57,391 nucleotides of DNA from a virus (IMGVR_UViG_3300027708_000083:1-57391); one strand, 5' to 3'; counted from the first letter of the stretch, positions 46,836 through 55,609 are shown. The notes: generated by a model from the sequence alone, not told the origin. Translations and numbers: made by a program.

Positions 46836-47750
46836 ATGCATACAGACTCATTAGAAACGTTAATAACTAACGAAAAATATCAACAAAAGTTTGGGGCACA
46901 TAGCCAAGTGCCTCCTATTGACGAAAGAATGACCTACAATGGATTGATCTCTCGTCAGCTGACTAGAAAAACTTGTAGACATTTCAAACCTGATCCGATT
47001 GATAATGCAACCATAGAACTAATGGTAGCTGGATCTCAGTGTAGCCCAACCAGTGGTATGCTACAGACCTATAGTGTATTGGCATTGACGACCAAGGAAG
47101 AAAAAGACAAGCTGTTTGCACACGATTGGAATAGAGGTATTATAGGCGGTGTTGATAGCCACAATCTACGAGTTTACTATGAATGTCCAGTATTTTTAAT
47201 TTGGATAGCTGATTTGCACAGAACTGAAGTGTTGCTGACAGAAGCTCTAGACAACGAACTGCATGATACCAATTGCATTGATTTTTTGTCCTCTGCTGAA
47301 ATTAATCTTAAATCAGTTATTGATACGGCTATTGTGGCACAGAGTTTCTGTATGATTGCTGAAAGCTACGGATATGGTACTATGTATTGTGGGGCTATTA
47401 GACAAATTAATCCTAGACATTTTCAAGAGCAGTATGGTATGCCGCACTATTGCGTGCCTTTGTTTGGTATGGCTTTGGGAATACCGGATACGATAAATGG
47501 TGCCGGGGCGATCACTAAACCTAGAATGCCTACTGCAAACATTCTCCATTTTGGAAGTTACAATCCTATTACTGGCAAGGCCGATTTAGGTGGATATAAT
47601 GAATGGCATTCCGATGGCATTAAACAAGGTGCTTATAAGAGTGGCGATCATCTTACATTTGTTCAAAGGTTAGTTGAACGATTTCATATCAGTCCCGCAA
47701 AGACTTTGATAGGTGATTTTTTTAAGAAAATGGGTTTTGAATTCAAATAA
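46836..47750 (+). CDS. Nitroreductase/flavin reductase (NfsA-like)
   Basis: RKTCRHF, SPTSGMLQ.YS, D.AI.AQ...AES.GYG..Y.GAIR and KPRMP. Confidence 0.85.
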   Translation: MHTDSLETLITNEKYQQKFGAHSQVPPIDERMTYNGLISRQLTRKTCRHFKPDPIDNATIELMVAGSQCSPTSGMLQTYSVLALTTKEEKDKLFAHDWNRGIIGGVDSHNLRVYYECPVFLIWIADLHRTEVLLTEALDNELHDTNCIDFLSSAEINLKSVIDTAIVAQSFCMIAESYGYGTMYCGAIRQINPRHFQEQYGMPHYCVPLFGMALGIPDTINGAGAITKPRMPTANILHFGSYNPITGKADLGGYNEWHSDGIKQGAYKSGDHLTFVQRLVERFHISPAKTLIGDFFKKMGFEFK

Positions 47751-47761
47751 AGGAAAGAAAA

Positions 47762-47995
47762 ATGCAAGTTAGAGTAAAAGAAAACGCAGAAGAATTTGGT
47801 AAATGTGGTTGTGGCCGCAGTCCAACAGGCAAATGTATTGGCTGGCACGGACTCACAGAAGAAATGTATCAGCATCAAAAAATGCTGTGGTTGGAAGAAG
47901 AAATGAAAAAAGATCACGAGCTTGAAGAATACAAACGTCAAGCACAAGAAACTTGGAGTGACAGTTGTACCACACCCCGAAAGGAACAAGAATGA
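47762..47995 (+). CDS. CDGSH-type (NEET-like) 2Fe-2S binding protein
   Basis: CGCGRS....CIGWH (CxC-x-C-x3-H). Confidence 0.65.
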   Translation: MQVRVKENAEEFGKCGCGRSPTGKCIGWHGLTEEMYQHQKMLWLEEEMKKDHELEEYKRQAQETWSDSCTTPRKEQE

Positions 47996-48291
47996 ATTGG
48001 TTAAAATTAAAATTACGTAACTGGGTAATGAGTGCCCAAGACGAACCCGAACAGATCTATTCAAATTCTAAAGTGAGCCACGGCATGAATACGGTTAGTA
48101 CACGTGATGTTGGTAGTGATCCTACGCTACAGTTCAAAGTGTACAATGCCATTGGTGGCAAGGTAGTAGAGTTTAGCCGATACGACCGCATGAAAGATCG
48201 ACACTTCCACGATATCTACATTATTGGCAAAAATGAAGACTTTGGTCAGAAGATTGCCAAAATTGCCATGCTTGAAGTGTTGAAAGATTGA
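47992..48291 (+). CDS. Hypothetical protein
   Basis: F.VY.A.GG.VVE motif. Confidence 0.65.
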   Translation: MNWLKLKLRNWVMSAQDEPEQIYSNSKVSHGMNTVSTRDVGSDPTLQFKVYNAIGGKVVEFSRYDRMKDRHFHDIYIIGKNEDFGQKIAKIAMLEVLKD

Positions 48292-48319
48292 TTAAATAAC
48301 TTACCTAGAGAGAACTCAA

Positions 48320-48670
48320 ATGGAATATATTTCTTACCTTGCAGTTGCCGTTGTGGCTTTTTGGATTGGCGGGCACTGGAAGGCCTACCAGATCATGCAA
48401 AACTTGATCAGTCGCCCAGACGACATGATTAAACTGATTACCAAACTAAAAGAGCTGAATGATGAAGTCGAAGCTGACAATACCCTGCCCGATGATGCTG
48501 TAGAATTGACTTTGGAAAACGTAGGCGATCAAGTCTATGCCTACAACAAGTCCACAGGGCAGTTTTTGGCTCAAGCTGGCAGTGTTTATCAAGTGGCTAT
48601 CCTAGCGGCTAAACAATGCGGCAAGACCGTTTGGCATCCTGATCTCAAGCAAGACAGCCAAACAGCTTGA
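48320..48670 (+). CDS. Membrane-anchored hypothetical protein
   Basis: N-terminal TM helix and YAY...GQFLAQ. Confidence 0.65.
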   Translation: MEYISYLAVAVVAFWIGGHWKAYQIMQNLISRPDDMIKLITKLKELNDEVEADNTLPDDAVELTLENVGDQVYAYNKSTGQFLAQAGSVYQVAILAAKQCGKTVWHPDLKQDSQTA

Positions 48671-48739
48671 GTTTGTCAGGGCATTTTGCTATACTAGATA
48701 TAGCTGTTTAATTACAGCATAATCTAAAGGAAACACAAA

Positions 48740-49012
48740 ATGAAATTCATTTCAAAAGAAACTAAGACCTACAAGTTGTTCAATGCCCTGTACAATGGCG
48801 AAAAGGTAACTGGTGCCCAAGCTGAAAAGCGTTTTGGTATCAAGAACATTGCTGCCGAAGCTTCACGTATTCGTCAATCAGGCTATGCTGTCTACAGCAA
48901 GAGCCGTGTTGCTGGTAACGGTGTTACAGTCACTGAATACGAAATGGGCAATGCCAGCCGCGAAATCATCGCACTGGGCTACAAGGCCAAAGCAATGGGT
49001 ATCACTCTTTAA
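48740..49012 (+). CDS. Winged-HTH-like DNA-binding protein
   Basis: L..G..VT..QA..RFG.......SRIR..GY; TTGAGT-N17-TATACT promoter and AAAGGA RBS. Confidence 0.65.
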   Translation: MKFISKETKTYKLFNALYNGEKVTGAQAEKRFGIKNIAAEASRIRQSGYAVYSKSRVAGNGVTVTEYEMGNASREIIALGYKAKAMGITL

Positions 49013-49033
49013 TTAGAGCTTGCCCAAACAATC

Positions 49034-49055
49034 AAGGCTGGTAACAGCCTTTTTT
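49034..49055 (+). terminator. Rho-independent terminator
   Basis: AAGGCTG-GTAA-CAGCCTT followed by a T-run. Confidence 0.8.
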
Positions 49056-49087
49056 GTTGACTTGATGTTAGCAGGACTAATTATAGT

Positions 49088-49384
49088 ATGAATATTAAAC
49101 AACTAGCACAGCCCACTATAGATTGGATACACGATGATTACAAGAGTGATAGAATACGTTTTTGTCTTGAGGTCCTTGCTTGGGCTATATCTATTGGTTG
49201 TGCTATCACTATGGCAACCACCGTACCAAACCCCCCATTACTTGTTCTCTATCCCATATGGATTTGTGGATGTGCTATATATGCTTGGTGTTCTTTTAGT
49301 CGGCGTTCCTTTGGCATGTTGGCTAATTACATACTTTTGGTCAGCATCGACTCAGTCGGCCTGATTAGAATGTTACTGAACTAA
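49088..49384 (+). CDS. Small multi-pass membrane protein
   Basis: About three hydrophobic segments. Confidence 0.7.
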   Translation: MNIKQLAQPTIDWIHDDYKSDRIRFCLEVLAWAISIGCAITMATTVPNPPLLVLYPIWICGCAIYAWCSFSRRSFGMLANYILLVSIDSVGLIRMLLN

Positions 49385-49937
49385 CAGGCGGTAGGCTAGG
49401 GGCCTGATCCCAGGGTACACAGGCCCAGGGCAGTATGCGTATGCTGATCAATTGTGCTGGCTCAGAGCTGGCATTACATAGGCTATGCCATGTATTGATA
49501 TCAGCTACAAAGGGCTGATCACACAGTCTACTTTCTACAACTTCAGCGGCATCAACGGGTAGCATGGGCACAGTATTGTACTGGCCTTGAGCATCCTGTT
49601 GGAACGTCTTAGATTCATCAGTACACCTATACCACGACCACGTTAGATGCTCACAGTTCTTAATGGGTATGATCAAGCTACGATGTACATCACCACTAAA
49701 CGGACTACGATCTGAATGTATCTCTATGGGGTCCTTGCTAGGGAACCAGGCTTGAAGTACATTATAGTTACGGGTCACTGCCCAATCTGTGCCTAGACGT
49801 TCCAATATAGCTCGTTGGCTGTGAGGAGGTATACGTCCCACATACCCTCTACGTGCTTGTGGGGGTTCTACTTGATCGGCCAACCACAGGCTCAGCTGGC
49901 TAATGTTGGCTAGAGTTACAGGGTATGAGTGCTTCAT
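49365..49937 (-). CDS. Cupin/2OG-Fe(II) oxygenase-like protein
   Basis: IHSD...IIP...WHSL.N...ISIR. Confidence 0.6.
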   Translation of the reverse strand: MKHSYPVTLANISQLSLWLADQVEPPQARRGYVGRIPPHSQRAILERLGTDWAVTRNYNVLQAWFPSKDPIEIHSDRSPFSGDVHRSLIIPIKNCEHLTWSWYRCTDESKTFQQDAQGQYNTVPMLPVDAAEVVESRLCDQPFVADINTWHSLCNASSEPAQLISIRILPWACVPWDQAPSLPPVSSVTF

Positions 49938-49938
49938 G

Positions 49939-50529
49939 TTAATCCGCTAGGTATGCTATTAGGTGTAGTTGTGGCTCTGTGTCGTCATTGACCATCTTGT
50001 GATCTACCCTAGTGCTGAATTGGTACACACTGCCGTCGGCTGGCCAATAAGCCAAGGATCGATCAGGCCCAAACATACGACTCCGTGGTGGGGCATATAT
50101 GGGTATGTGGACTCGCACACGTCCCGTGACGTCCGAACGACCCCAAAAGGTTTCTACCCCCGCGGGTAGCCAGCTTAACTGTACCCGACCCAGGCCCCGG
50201 GGGCTTTGTGCCACGAGATCCTGTGCCACACTCTTGAGATAAGTACCCTCGGCTTCTTCTAGAAACTCAGTATAATGATGCTCGGCATAGCCCCTGTGCA
50301 GGTATATCCAATCCATACTGGCATTGAGTCCCCATACTCGTTTTTCGGGATCAACTGCCCGAGGGTGAGTTAAATTGATTCCCGATAAATTATAAGAGTC
50401 TCTGTAGACCCGGGGCACACGTTCTGTTTGCACATCTATCCATCGGGTGCCCAAGCGTTCTAACAGTAGTTCAACAGAAGCTTGAAGCTGGGCAGGGTCA
50501 TAAGTTTTAGATTGAATAGTGTACCACAT
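49939..50529 (-). CDS. AspH-like oxygenase-fold protein with degenerate HxD
   Basis: GRV.L..L...RVHIPI...PADGSVY...T...H..VN; RSD in place of HxD. Confidence 0.6.
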   Translation of the reverse strand: MWYTIQSKTYDPAQLQASVELLLERLGTRWIDVQTERVPRVYRDSYNLSGINLTHPRAVDPEKRVWGLNASMDWIYLHRGYAEHHYTEFLEEAEGTYLKSVAQDLVAQSPRGLGRVQLSWLPAGVETFWGRSDVTGRVRVHIPIYAPPRSRMFGPDRSLAYWPADGSVYQFSTRVDHKMVNDDTEPQLHLIAYLAD

Positions 50530-50589
50530 AAGTAGAAATATTTATTCACATTCTTGACCCCAGGTGATATTTCGTGTATAATTATATGC

Positions 50590-50814
50590 ATGACAGAAGA
50601 AGAAAAAGACGCTCGTTTAGAGCAATTAGTTGAAGCTATAGATCAAGTGATCAGCCAATACCCGGACTTTGAACCCCACAATATCGCAGGTGTACTCTTG
50701 AGCCGTATTACCTTGCTAATGAGCTCGGATACTGAAACGGGCAAGGCCTTGCTAAAGTTCGTTTGGGAAAAGCTGGACGAACTAGAACAATCAAACCCAA
50801 ATCAATACCTATGA
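50590..50814 (+). CDS. Hypothetical protein
   Basis: TTGACC-N17-TATAAT (50554-50582) directly before the start. Confidence 0.65.
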   Translation: MTEEEKDARLEQLVEAIDQVISQYPDFEPHNIAGVLLSRITLLMSSDTETGKALLKFVWEKLDELEQSNPNQYL

Positions 50815-51014
50815 CAGAAGAACAACAACTGATTGACACCTTGGCCCGAGAATATCGTGGCGGCAACGGTGATGTATACACCAATCTAAAGACCTGGTTT
50901 CCCGACAGTGAAAACGACCCTTGGATTGAATATCAACACAAGGCTACAGGACAGAAGTATTCTTGTAGATTGGCGGCATTTCTAACCCGTTTCACGCCCC
51001 ACGTTAATTCTTAA
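50811..51014 (+). CDS. Hypothetical protein
   Basis: ATGA overlap; WIEY......YSC...AF..RF. Confidence 0.6.
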   Translation: MTEEQQLIDTLAREYRGGNGDVYTNLKTWFPDSENDPWIEYQHKATGQKYSCRLAAFLTRFTPHVNS

Positions 51015-51137
51015 TCCGCGAAGCGGTAGCGGCAAAAATTTTTAGCTAGAGTGTAGACCCGACTCAAATCACGCCATTCGCAAGCCCGAACCCAGTTCAG
51101 ACTTGACTCTGGGGGTCTAATCGTGTATAATACCTGT

Positions 51138-51371
51138 ATGTACATGAAACTCGTCGTCGCCATAATACTGGCCAATTTATCGGGCTGTGCTATAGTATAT
51201 ACGGGCGCATCAACAGCCACCCTTGTGACCACAGGTAAGAGCATACCCGAACACGCTGCCAGCGGTGTCACAGGCAGTGACTGCAACGTGGTCAACTATG
51301 TGTTCAGGGATCGGGACTATCTGTGCGAACAACGCGACATAGCTAAAACCTACAATCGCAACCCGTTTTAG
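51138..51371 (+). CDS. Small lipoprotein
   Basis: LSGC lipobox; TTGACT-N17-TATAAT at 51103-51131. Confidence 0.7.
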   Translation: MYMKLVVAIILANLSGCAIVYTGASTATLVTTGKSIPEHAASGVTGSDCNVVNYVFRDRDYLCEQRDIAKTYNRNPF

Positions 51372-51401
51372 TGTAAATACTCACACAACAAAGGAATAGA
51401 T

Positions 51402-51659
51402 ATGCCACAAGGTTACGCAATCATAGCAACATCAGAAACAAATCTACGTCAAAAGAAGGTTGATTTGAACGACTCAACTCCCATTACAGACAGCCAATAT
51501 GCACAACAGCTAGCTGAATCATATGCCGCAGAGCTTAATCGTCTGGGCATGGCCAACTGCACTAACTGGGTAGGTTCAATCGAATGGACAGAAACCGGTA
51601 TTGCGACACTGGGTGGATTCCAAGGTTTTGCTGATCCGGGTTCAGGAAGCCAACACTAG
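51402..51659 (+). CDS. Hypothetical protein
   Basis: TAAATA plus AAAGGA RBS. Confidence 0.65.
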   Translation: MPQGYAIIATSETNLRQKKVDLNDSTPITDSQYAQQLAESYAAELNRLGMANCTNWVGSIEWTETGIATLGGFQGFADPGSGSQH

Positions 51660-51660
51660 T

Positions 51661-51996
51661 ATGTATCAGAGCAACCCAATGGATCCTTTAAACTCCGTAA
51701 AGTACTGGTGGTATTGGGAAGCCAGCAGAGCTCAAAAACTCATGCTGACGGGGTTGGCTATATTAACTTTGGTGTTGTGTGCTCGCATGGTAACATATAT
51801 GCCCGCTCTACCTGAAAGCCGTAAACCCAGATTGGATATGAACTTGTACGAACCAATCACTCATGAAGTAGACACAACTCCGCTACCCGTTGTTGAAACT
51901 CCACCTAAGTACTATAGATACGTAGAACATCAACAACCCGTGCGTCGCCTACAGCTTAAACAGATCAAGCATAAAAAGCCCAAGGATACTAAGTGA
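51661..51996 (+). CDS. Membrane-anchored hypothetical protein
   Basis: One TM helix and a basic tail. Confidence 0.55.
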   Translation: MYQSNPMDPLNSVKYWWYWEASRAQKLMLTGLAILTLVLCARMVTYMPALPESRKPRLDMNLYEPITHEVDTTPLPVVETPPKYYRYVEHQQPVRRLQLKQIKHKKPKDTK

Positions 51997-52148
51997 TGAC
52001 TATACTAGCAGTGTTAGAATGCATGGGTGTGATGACTATAACCGTACTGGCAGTTATAGCTGTTCAGTTGACCTTTAGATCAATGACCTTGGATAGATGG
52101 ATGCTGGCTTCAGCTATCGTACTGGCTGTGGGTTTTCTACTGTTATAA
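51996..52148 (+). CDS. 50-aa two-TM membrane protein (not in ORF track)
   Basis: TGATG overlap; MTILAVLECMGVMTITVLAVIAVQLTFRSMTLDRWMLASAIVLAVGFLLL. Confidence 0.45.
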   Translation: MTILAVLECMGVMTITVLAVIAVQLTFRSMTLDRWMLASAIVLAVGFLLL

Positions 52149-52352
52149 CACTAAGACCTGTAGTGAGTCCGAGTACTCTAGTAAGATAAAGTCTATGCGA
52201 CTGTTAGCATCACACTCTATACTCCATGGACACGAACTAACTGAAGAGTCAAATTGCCCTATTCGATAGGTGCAGATATCAAACTGACGACAACGACTTA
52301 TGATCTCGTCTACTAGACTGCTGTCACCTTGGACTATGAGTTGTACTCGCAT
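52143..52352 (-). CDS. Hypothetical protein
   Basis: TAAATA 5 nt before ATG. Confidence 0.55.
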   Translation of the reverse strand: MRVQLIVQGDSSLVDEIISRCRQFDICTYRIGQFDSSVSSCPWSIECDANSRIDFILLEYSDSLQVLVL

Positions 52353-52382
52353 GCTAGTATTTACTCGCTACTAGCTGTTACA

Positions 52383-52622
52383 TAGGCCCCGCTGTACATA
52401 TAAGTGCATGTGTATAGACTGCATTGGTTTGTCCTGTATAGGAACCTTACTAGCTATGAACGCACTTCGTGCTATGCCGGAACTACTGTATAACACATAG
52501 TATAGAGTCTATCGGACTACAGTGCAACAAGAATGGTTACACGCACTGACACGCTCAAACTACGCTAGGCCCCGCTGTGGGGTCACGTATACACACTATG
52601 CATATAGGATAGGCCCCGCTGT
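52383..52622 (+). repeat. Three exact copies of TAGGCCCCGCTGT
   Basis: Copies at 52383-52395, 52566-52578 and 52610-52622. Confidence 0.9.
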
Positions 52623-52760
52623 AGAGAGTGGGCATTGTGGGAGATTTGGCAGAGTTTGAGTAACCATTTAAACTATGCCTGTCTAGACCTCGAGCCTCTC
52701 AAATGGTTACTACCGTAGAGCCAGAGTGTCAACCAAGATAGTGGCTCTTTATCACATTTC

Positions 52761-52804
52761 TGCCACACTTTATTGCACTTTTTCACACTTTTCTTCACTT
52801 TTTT
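52761..52804 (+). repeat. CACTT(T) repeated four times with exact 10-bp period
   Basis: tgccacactt tattgcactt tttcacactt ttcttcactt tttt. Confidence 0.75.
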
Positions 52805-53006
52805 AGGTTGACACCTTGCTTAGATTGGTCTGTACGCTAGGGGCCATGATCTAGATCACACTTAGTCACACCTAATCCTATTCTAGATCACAATGTATCA
52901 TATACTATACACTCTAGCTCTACTCAACTGTACGGTCCTTAACTAGTCTAACCACTAGTATATAGGATCGAACCGATAAGTATTATATAGGTGATGGGAG
53001 ACCACT

Positions 53007-53213
53007 ATGCAAGCTAGTAAGAGTTTTATACAGTTCGCTACACATGCTGTACACATAACAGTAACTGAAGATAGTCATATACGTGTATTCAAGCACTCAG
53101 ATCGTTGTTGTGACTTTGGTGTGTTTACTGATCAGGATGAAGCCTGTGACTATATATTAGAACTCATGCCCACTACACACTTTCGAGTAACGTTTCCCGA
53201 GGATGATGAGTAA
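53007..53213 (+). CDS. Hypothetical protein
   Basis: GGGAG RBS and TAAGTA upstream. Confidence 0.6.
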   Translation: MQASKSFIQFATHAVHITVTEDSHIRVFKHSDRCCDFGVFTDQDEACDYILELMPTTHFRVTFPEDDE

Positions 53214-53247
53214 TTAATAGAAGTTTAAGGGCCGGAAGAGTCCTGCC

Positions 53248-53273
53248 AAAACCTGCTTTAATCAGCAGGTTTT
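53248..53273. terminator. Bidirectional terminator
   Basis: AAAACCTGC-N8-GCAGGTTTT. Confidence 0.75.
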
Positions 53274-53464
53274 ATTTTGGCTTTTATACTAGCGATCCAA
53301 AAGTCAAATCAAAACCTATTAACCCTAGTGTCAACCAGGTTGTTGCGTTTATGCCACAGTTGGTTGGCGCTAACTAACTTAAGAAATGCCGCCCACCCTC
53401 CACGTCCACCCCCAGTATAGCTGTTCGAACCTATTCGGTCTACCCGTTTTCTTATTATGTTATA

Positions 53465-53493
53465 ATTATAGCTGATTTTGGGCGGGGCGTCAA
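53465..53493 (-). promoter_or_regulatory. Leftward sigma70 promoter with no downstream ORF
   Basis: TTGACG-N17-TATAAT on the minus strand. Confidence 0.7.
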
Positions 53494-53528
53494 CTCCTTT
53501 CTTTTTGTGTGTGTTCTTCTAGCCACAG

Positions 53529-53557
53529 TTGACACGCTGGGCGGGGTCTGCTATAAT
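53529..53557 (+). promoter_or_regulatory. Sigma70 promoter with extended -10
   Basis: TTGACA-N17-TATAAT with TGn; ATG 6 nt later, so probably leaderless. Confidence 0.85.
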
Positions 53558-53563
53558 ACTCAT

Positions 53564-53884
53564 ATGAAGACAAAAAGAACTGCTCGCAAAGACTCTAATT
53601 TCGTTATCTATTGTGCATTCCACAATGGGCTAGCCTATATTGGACTCACCCGCAAGGGGTCTACTACAGTCTCTAAGGCTGTAAAAGAACGCTGGCGTAA
53701 GCATATCAGTCGCGCCCGACACGAAGACAGGGACTGGGAGCTGTATCGCTATATTAAGAAGGGCCATTGGGACGGATGGACCCACACTGTCTTAGATGTC
53801 ATACGCGGGCGGGCTGAAGCTTATGCATACGAGCGTGAGCTGGTCAAGCAGATCCAACCCGAACTGAATGATCAGTACAGATAA
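53564..53884 (+). CDS. GIY-YIG nuclease-like protein
   Basis: VIY...YIGLT...RW..H...E...LN. Confidence 0.75.
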   Translation: MKTKRTARKDSNFVIYCAFHNGLAYIGLTRKGSTTVSKAVKERWRKHISRARHEDRDWELYRYIKKGHWDGWTHTVLDVIRGRAEAYAYERELVKQIQPELNDQYR

Positions 53885-53892
53885 CCCTGGGG

Positions 53893-53921
53893 TTGACTGG
53901 TGTATTGAATCCTGCTATAAT
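53893..53921 (+). promoter_or_regulatory. Sigma70 promoter
   Basis: TTGACT-N17-TATAAT with TGn. Confidence 0.85.
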
Positions 53922-53951
53922 TAAGGCTAAGTTAAACAAAGGAGCGAAACT

Positions 53952-54653
53952 ATGTTCAAGCTATTAAGTACTGCAAACCCTAAGATCCAAAAGGGCACCA
54001 AGATGGGCTATTTGAGCTTCATCCTGCACCTTGCACCTGCTGACTTGTCAGGCAAAGAAACATGCCCCAAGCGCACCGCAGGCTGTACTAGTGCATGCCT
54101 TAACACCGCAGGACGTGGTGGCATGTTCAAGCGCGGTGAAAACACTAACATGATCCAAAAGGCACGTATCCGCAAGACCCAGTACTTCTTCAACAATCGT
54201 GCAGAGTTTATGGTAGATCTAGCCAACGACATCAAGAAGGCTATACGTTTCGCAGAGCGCAAGGGCTTGACTCCTGTGTTCCGCTTAAACGGTACGAGCG
54301 ATTTGAGCTGGGAGAAGTACGATGTCATCGAAGGGTTCAACATCTTTGAAATGTTCCCTACTGTACAGTTCTATGACTACACTAAGGTCTTGGGACGTAA
54401 GGTTGCGCACCTGCAGAACTATCACCTTACATTCTCTAAGGCAGACGGCAATGACGCTGATGTCGCAGAAGCATTAATGCAGGGCATGAGTGTAGTGGCT
54501 GTCTACGACAAGATCCCAGAGGGTGTTCCGAGTGCAGACGAAACTGATCTGCGCTTCCTAGACCCAAAAGGCACTATGCTAGGGCTCAAGGCCAAGGGTC
54601 GTGCTAAGAAGGACTATTCAGGCTTCGTAATCCGCTTGACAGAACAGGCTTAA
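53952..54653 (+). CDS. Gp88-like (radical-SAM-related) phage protein
   Basis: CP....C...CL..AGRG, RLNGTSD, QFYDYTK, NYHLTFS and DLRFLD. Confidence 0.75.
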   Translation: MFKLLSTANPKIQKGTKMGYLSFILHLAPADLSGKETCPKRTAGCTSACLNTAGRGGMFKRGENTNMIQKARIRKTQYFFNNRAEFMVDLANDIKKAIRFAERKGLTPVFRLNGTSDLSWEKYDVIEGFNIFEMFPTVQFYDYTKVLGRKVAHLQNYHLTFSKADGNDADVAEALMQGMSVVAVYDKIPEGVPSADETDLRFLDPKGTMLGLKAKGRAKKDYSGFVIRLTEQA

Positions 54654-54664
54654 GGCCTTATAAT
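54636..54664 (+). promoter_or_regulatory. Sigma70 promoter overlapping the upstream CDS end
   Basis: TTGACA-N17-TATAAT. Confidence 0.85.
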
Positions 54665-54696
54665 ACTAACATACAGACACAAAAGGAGCGAAACTT

Positions 54697-54972
54697 ATGA
54701 TGTTTACACTAGAGATATACAAGAAGGATCGCCGCAAGAAAGAGGGCGAACGACTGATTGGCAAGTACGACTATGATCGCCCAGATCGTGAGGCCATGTT
54801 GCGTGAGAGCAATGAGCTCTATGATGCTTACCCACCACGCCTAGGCTATAGGTTTGCTATACATGAAACCTATGTAAAGAAGACCAACTTGATGGGTGGT
54901 GCAGAGTTCCTGGAGCGGTACGATACGCCCTACTTCTGCTCACCAGCATCCGAATCCTACTGGAGCATGTAG
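54697..54972 (+). CDS. Conserved phage early protein
   Basis: C-terminal NLMGG...E..DTP..CSPASESYWSM; AGGAGCGAAA RBS. Confidence 0.75.
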   Translation: MMFTLEIYKKDRRKKEGERLIGKYDYDRPDREAMLRESNELYDAYPPRLGYRFAIHETYVKKTNLMGGAEFLERYDTPYFCSPASESYWSM

Positions 54973-54973
54973 G

Positions 54974-55029
54974 TTGACTGGGTGCCCAAAAGGCAGTATA
55001 ATAAACACTTAAACACACACAGGAGCGAA
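54974..55029 (+). promoter_or_regulatory. Sigma70 promoter plus leader cassette
   Basis: TTGACT-N17-TATAAT; 54997-55029 is identical to 55276-55308. Confidence 0.85.
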
Positions 55030-55032
55030 ACT

Positions 55033-55272
55033 ATGCGTACAATTACCACCCTGCGTAACGGCAACATCTATCAGATGGACATACAAGAAGCCATTGACAT
55101 TGTGCAGGCCTATGCTCGTCAGAACACGGGCGGGGATCTGTTGCAAGCGGCCACTGAGATGACGGACTTGGCCACACTGGACGAGTTGCCGACTATACAA
55201 AAGATTGCCATCCGACGCTTCATGCGAGACATGGGTCGTTTGCTTGCACCGGTTGACGTTGAAACAGTTTGA
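55033..55272 (+). CDS. Hypothetical early protein
   Basis: Start at MRTITT behind AGGAG. Confidence 0.7.
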   Translation: MRTITTLRNGNIYQMDIQEAIDIVQAYARQNTGGDLLQAATEMTDLATLDELPTIQKIAIRRFMRDMGRLLAPVDVETV

Positions 55273-55308
55273 GCATATAATAAACACTTAAACACACACA
55301 GGAGCGAA
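55253..55308 (+). promoter_or_regulatory. Sigma70 promoter plus leader cassette
   Basis: TTGACG-N17-TATAAT with the duplicated 33-nt leader. Confidence 0.85.
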
Positions 55309-55309
55309 C

Positions 55310-55600
55310 ATGCTAACGATTCAAGAAGTTAACCGGGCTATCATGCTACAAGAGTGGACCAACACTGAGTTGAGTTCTATGATTGATGCAGTCAAGTGGA
55401 ACAAAGAGCAATTGGCCAAGCGCATCAAGTACTCAATCCGCACAGGCGACAATGTTGAGTTCACTAGTTCGAAGACAGGGCGAGTGACCAGAGGCTTTGT
55501 AACCAAAGTGGCTATCAAGTATGTCACAGTGAATACAGGCATGGGCCTGTGGAGAGTTCCGGCTAATATGCTTACAGTGGTTGACAAAGAGTTGGCCTGA
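55310..55600 (+). CDS. Hypothetical early protein (SH3/KOW-like C-half)
   Basis: GDNVEF...G.V.K...K...V.....WRVPA.ML. Confidence 0.7.
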   Translation: MLTIQEVNRAIMLQEWTNTELSSMIDAVKWNKEQLAKRIKYSIRTGDNVEFTSSKTGRVTRGFVTKVAIKYVTVNTGMGLWRVPANMLTVVDKELA

Positions 55601-55609
55601 GAGTATAAT
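55581..55609 (+). promoter_or_regulatory. Sigma70 promoter
   Basis: TTGACA-N17-TATAAT. Confidence 0.85.

Noticed and set aside
52383-52622. CRISPR-like mini array from the TAGGCCCCGCTGT repeats
   Set aside because: The repeat is only 13 bp, spacing is irregular (183 and 44 bp) and no cas genes are nearby.
53380-53454. tRNA on the minus strand (GGTTCGAA)
   Set aside because: No cloverleaf, acceptor stem or anticodon arm could be built around the T-loop-like motif.
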